Shown here: positions 62,260 through 64,000 of the stretch, one piece after another
How positions within the stretch are numbered: position 1 is the first letter of the stretch
Layout: each line of letters begins with the position of its first letter
Origin: an uncultured bacterium
GTDB lineage: Bacteria; Verrucomicrobiota; Lentisphaeria; Victivallales; UBA1829
Assembly (NCBI GenBank): GCA_902802585.1
Contig: CADCMR010000005.1
Location: 23,022 to 87,021 of the forward strand
Length of the DNA: 64,000 nt
Reading direction: 5' to 3'
The notes under the pieces: model-generated
The model's input: the letters and a program-made list of their open reading frames with translations, nothing else
Database searches by the model: none
Told to the model about the DNA's origin: nothing
Position numbers and translations under genes: made by a program

Positions 62260-64000
62260 ACGGTGTGCCGTTTCCATTTGAGTTTGCGGGCAATGCTCCA
62301 GACGATGCCGCAGAGGACGACAAGCGCGGGAATCAGGACGATGTTGATGAGGCGGACCGTGTTGTTGATGCGGTCGAGGTCCTGCCGCAGCTGGAGGCGG
62401 ATTTCGCGGATTTCACGTTTGAGCGCGGCGTCCTTCTGTTCGTATGTGTTCAGCAGCTCGCGCTGCTCCTGCGTCAGGCGTGCCGTGCCGCCGCTCACGA
62501 TCAGCTGCTTGCGGATGGACTCCACGCGGTCTTCCAGGCGCATGGATTCCTCGGCGAGCGCGAGGATACGGTCCTTGAACGCGAGGTCGGCGCGCATTTG
62601 GCTTTCATTGATGCGCGTGAGCGGGCGGGACATGGGGATGCGACTGCGGAGCGAGGAGAGGCGGCCGCCTCCGCAGAGGGATTCCACCACGTTCTCCATG
62701 AGCGTGATGTTGTCGTTGCTGCGGACCACGATGGTCTGCCCGAATTCGTCTTTCGCCTGCGCGACGCAGGCGTCGTGGAACAGCATGTCGGCGTCGCCGA
62801 AGAGGTAGACCTCGCCGGGCTTGCCGGTTATTTCCGAATCGTATGCGCTCGGGAATTGTCCCGTGATGTGCATGAGGAGGTTGAGCTTTTCACCGGAATG
62901 CTTCCCGGGGGCGGCGAAGTCCGCGAGGATCTTTTCCGGCTGGTCCGCCACGTCCGCGGCCATGGAGTAGTCAGTCGTGTAGACGAGAGGCTCGAACGTC
63001 AGCGTGCGCGCCGGATTCCGCAGGTCGAAGAACCCGGCGTAGTTCATGCGAAGCGAGGTCAGTCCGCCTGTGACCGGGTTGCCGCGGTCGATGCCCGCTT
63101 CGTTGATGAGGAGTGCGGTCGGGATCGTGCGTCGGACGCCGTTGCGGTCCAGCTGGTCGTACTTGAAATTCATGTCGGCGGCGAGGCGCGAGGGGGAATA
63201 CGCCACGCCCCATTTCGCGAGGAGCGGCTCCAGCGTGGAGTCGGTCATGTTCACATAGGTGTAGTCCTTCTGCGCCGAGGCGAGCGCGTAGGCGGACATC
63301 GGGTCCACGAACACCGCCATGCGGCCGCCCTTCACCAGGTAGGCGTCGATTGCCTCAAGCGTCCGGCGGTCGAACTCGTGCGGATGCACCACCAGCAGGG
63401 CATCCAGCCCGTCCGGTATTTCCTTCAGGTCCGTCGGCAGGTCCGTCAGCGTGTAGTCCTTGTTCAGCTCCGTGAAGAGATACCACGCCGCCGCGCCGGA
63501 GCTCCCGGTCTGTGGCGACGGGGCGCGTCCGAGCACGGGGAATGGGCTCATGACGCCGACCACGGGCCGTTTCGGATTCTGCGCGTGCATCACGCGGCGC
63601 AGAAGCTCGTATTCGAGCATGGATTCGTTTTTCGGGGAGAGGAAAGGCGCGGCGAGGCAGAGCTGTCCGGCGGAAACGGTCATGCCGAGGAAGAAGCGGT
63701 CGCCGCCGGCGTTCTTCGCGGGCTGGAGCCCCTCGATGATTGCGGCCTCTTCCTCGCGGGTGTCCGGACCGGGCGAGATGACCTCGAGCGTGACCTTGCC
63801 GCCCGCCTCCTTGCTGAATTCGCGCAGGAGCCATTTTACGCGTTCGGCGTAGCCCAGCAGGTCTTTCGGTGTGTCAGCACCGGGCGGCGAGACGTACAGG
63901 CGCACGGTCACATGGCGGTCCAGCGAACGCGCGAGCGAACGCGCCTCCGGCGAGAGCGAATACGCCCGGTCGGCGGTGCAGTCGACGCGGATGCGGAACG
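62256..64000 (-). CDS. GldG-like ABC-transport auxiliary protein (ABC-type uncharacterized transport system), 5'-partial at window edge
   Basis: The frame stays open to the window end (…FRIRVDCTADRAYSLSPEARSL…VTVRLYVSPPG…). It has a C-terminal TM helix and coiled coil. GldG-type motifs are present, including the YVS repeat-unit layout. Confidence 0.75.
   Translation of the reverse strand, partial: FRIRVDCTADRAYSLSPEARSLARSLDRHVTVRLYVSPPGADTPKDLLGYAERVKWLLREFSKEAGGKVTLEVISPGPDTREEEAAIIEGLQPAKNAGGDRFFLGMTVSAGQLCLAAPFLSPKNESMLEYELLRRVMHAQNPKRPVVGVMSPFPVLGRAPSPQTGSSGAAAWYLFTELNKDYTLTDLPTDLKEIPDGLDALLVVHPHEFDRRTLEAIDAYLVKGGRMAVFVDPMSAYALASAQKDYTYVNMTDSTLEPLLAKWGVAYSPSRLAADMNFKYDQLDRNGVRRTIPTALLINEAGIDRGNPVTGGLTSLRMNYAGFFDLRNPARTLTFEPLVYTTDYSMAADVADQPEKILADFAAPGKHSGEKLNLLMHITGQFPSAYDSEITGKPGEVYLFGDADMLFHDACVAQAKDEFGQTIVVRSNDNITLMENVVESLCGGGRLSSLRSRIPMSRPLTRINESQMRADLAFKDRILALAEESMRLEDRVESIRKQLIVSGGTARLTQEQRELLNTYEQKDAALKREIREIRLQLRQDLDRINNTVRLINIVLIPALVVLCGIVWSIARKLKWKRHTV

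Overview
GC-rich bacterial chromosomal segment with short AT-rich intergenic islands that carry sigma70-like promoters. I call about 46 protein-coding genes (one is a probable pseudogene) and one tRNA-Ser(UGA). I recognised no rRNA, CRISPR array, transposase, integrase or phage genes. The gene content suggests an anaerobic, glycan-degrading member of the PVC superphylum; this is inference only. The supporting genes are a prepilin-type pseudopilin with an H-X8/9-DG-like motif, a Tat-exported AKR/Fe-S oxidoreductase, rhaAB, GH127 and GH43 hydrolases, single-chain PFOR, and GldG/DUF4340 proteins. Housekeeping genes are clpC, dut, rng, fmt, a lexA-like repressor, rpmB, an RND efflux pair, an M16 peptidase and a cell-wall amidase. 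Four regions deserve a second look. (1) 3.8-9.5 kb holds a translationally coupled envelope-glycosylation cluster ending in a Wzx flippase::GT9 fusion. (2) 24.9-28.7 kb holds a LexA-like repressor divergent from an FGE-domain::M6 metalloprotease fusion, separated by an array of GAAAACA/TGTTTTC half-sites. (3) 38.3-46.0 kb is a visibly AT-richer exopolysaccharide locus headed by a STAS protein. It contains an intact phosphoglycosyl transferase, a degenerate NTP-transferase/LbH/dead-PGT fusion and a P-loop-less Wzc-like co-polymerase. (4) 50.5-59.1 kb is a minus-strand gene string. It starts with a LeuA/IPMS-like protein lacking the His-x-His metal site, ATGA-coupled to a TIM-barrel::acyl-CoA-synthetase fusion, followed by PFOR and DUF1848. 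A GH43 gene carries two G-to-A lesions (ATA at the expected start, and TGA at the Trp of the DLVNW motif). All functional calls rest on motifs read by eye from the translations. No database search, structure prediction or RNA folding was run, so novelty claims are hypotheses.
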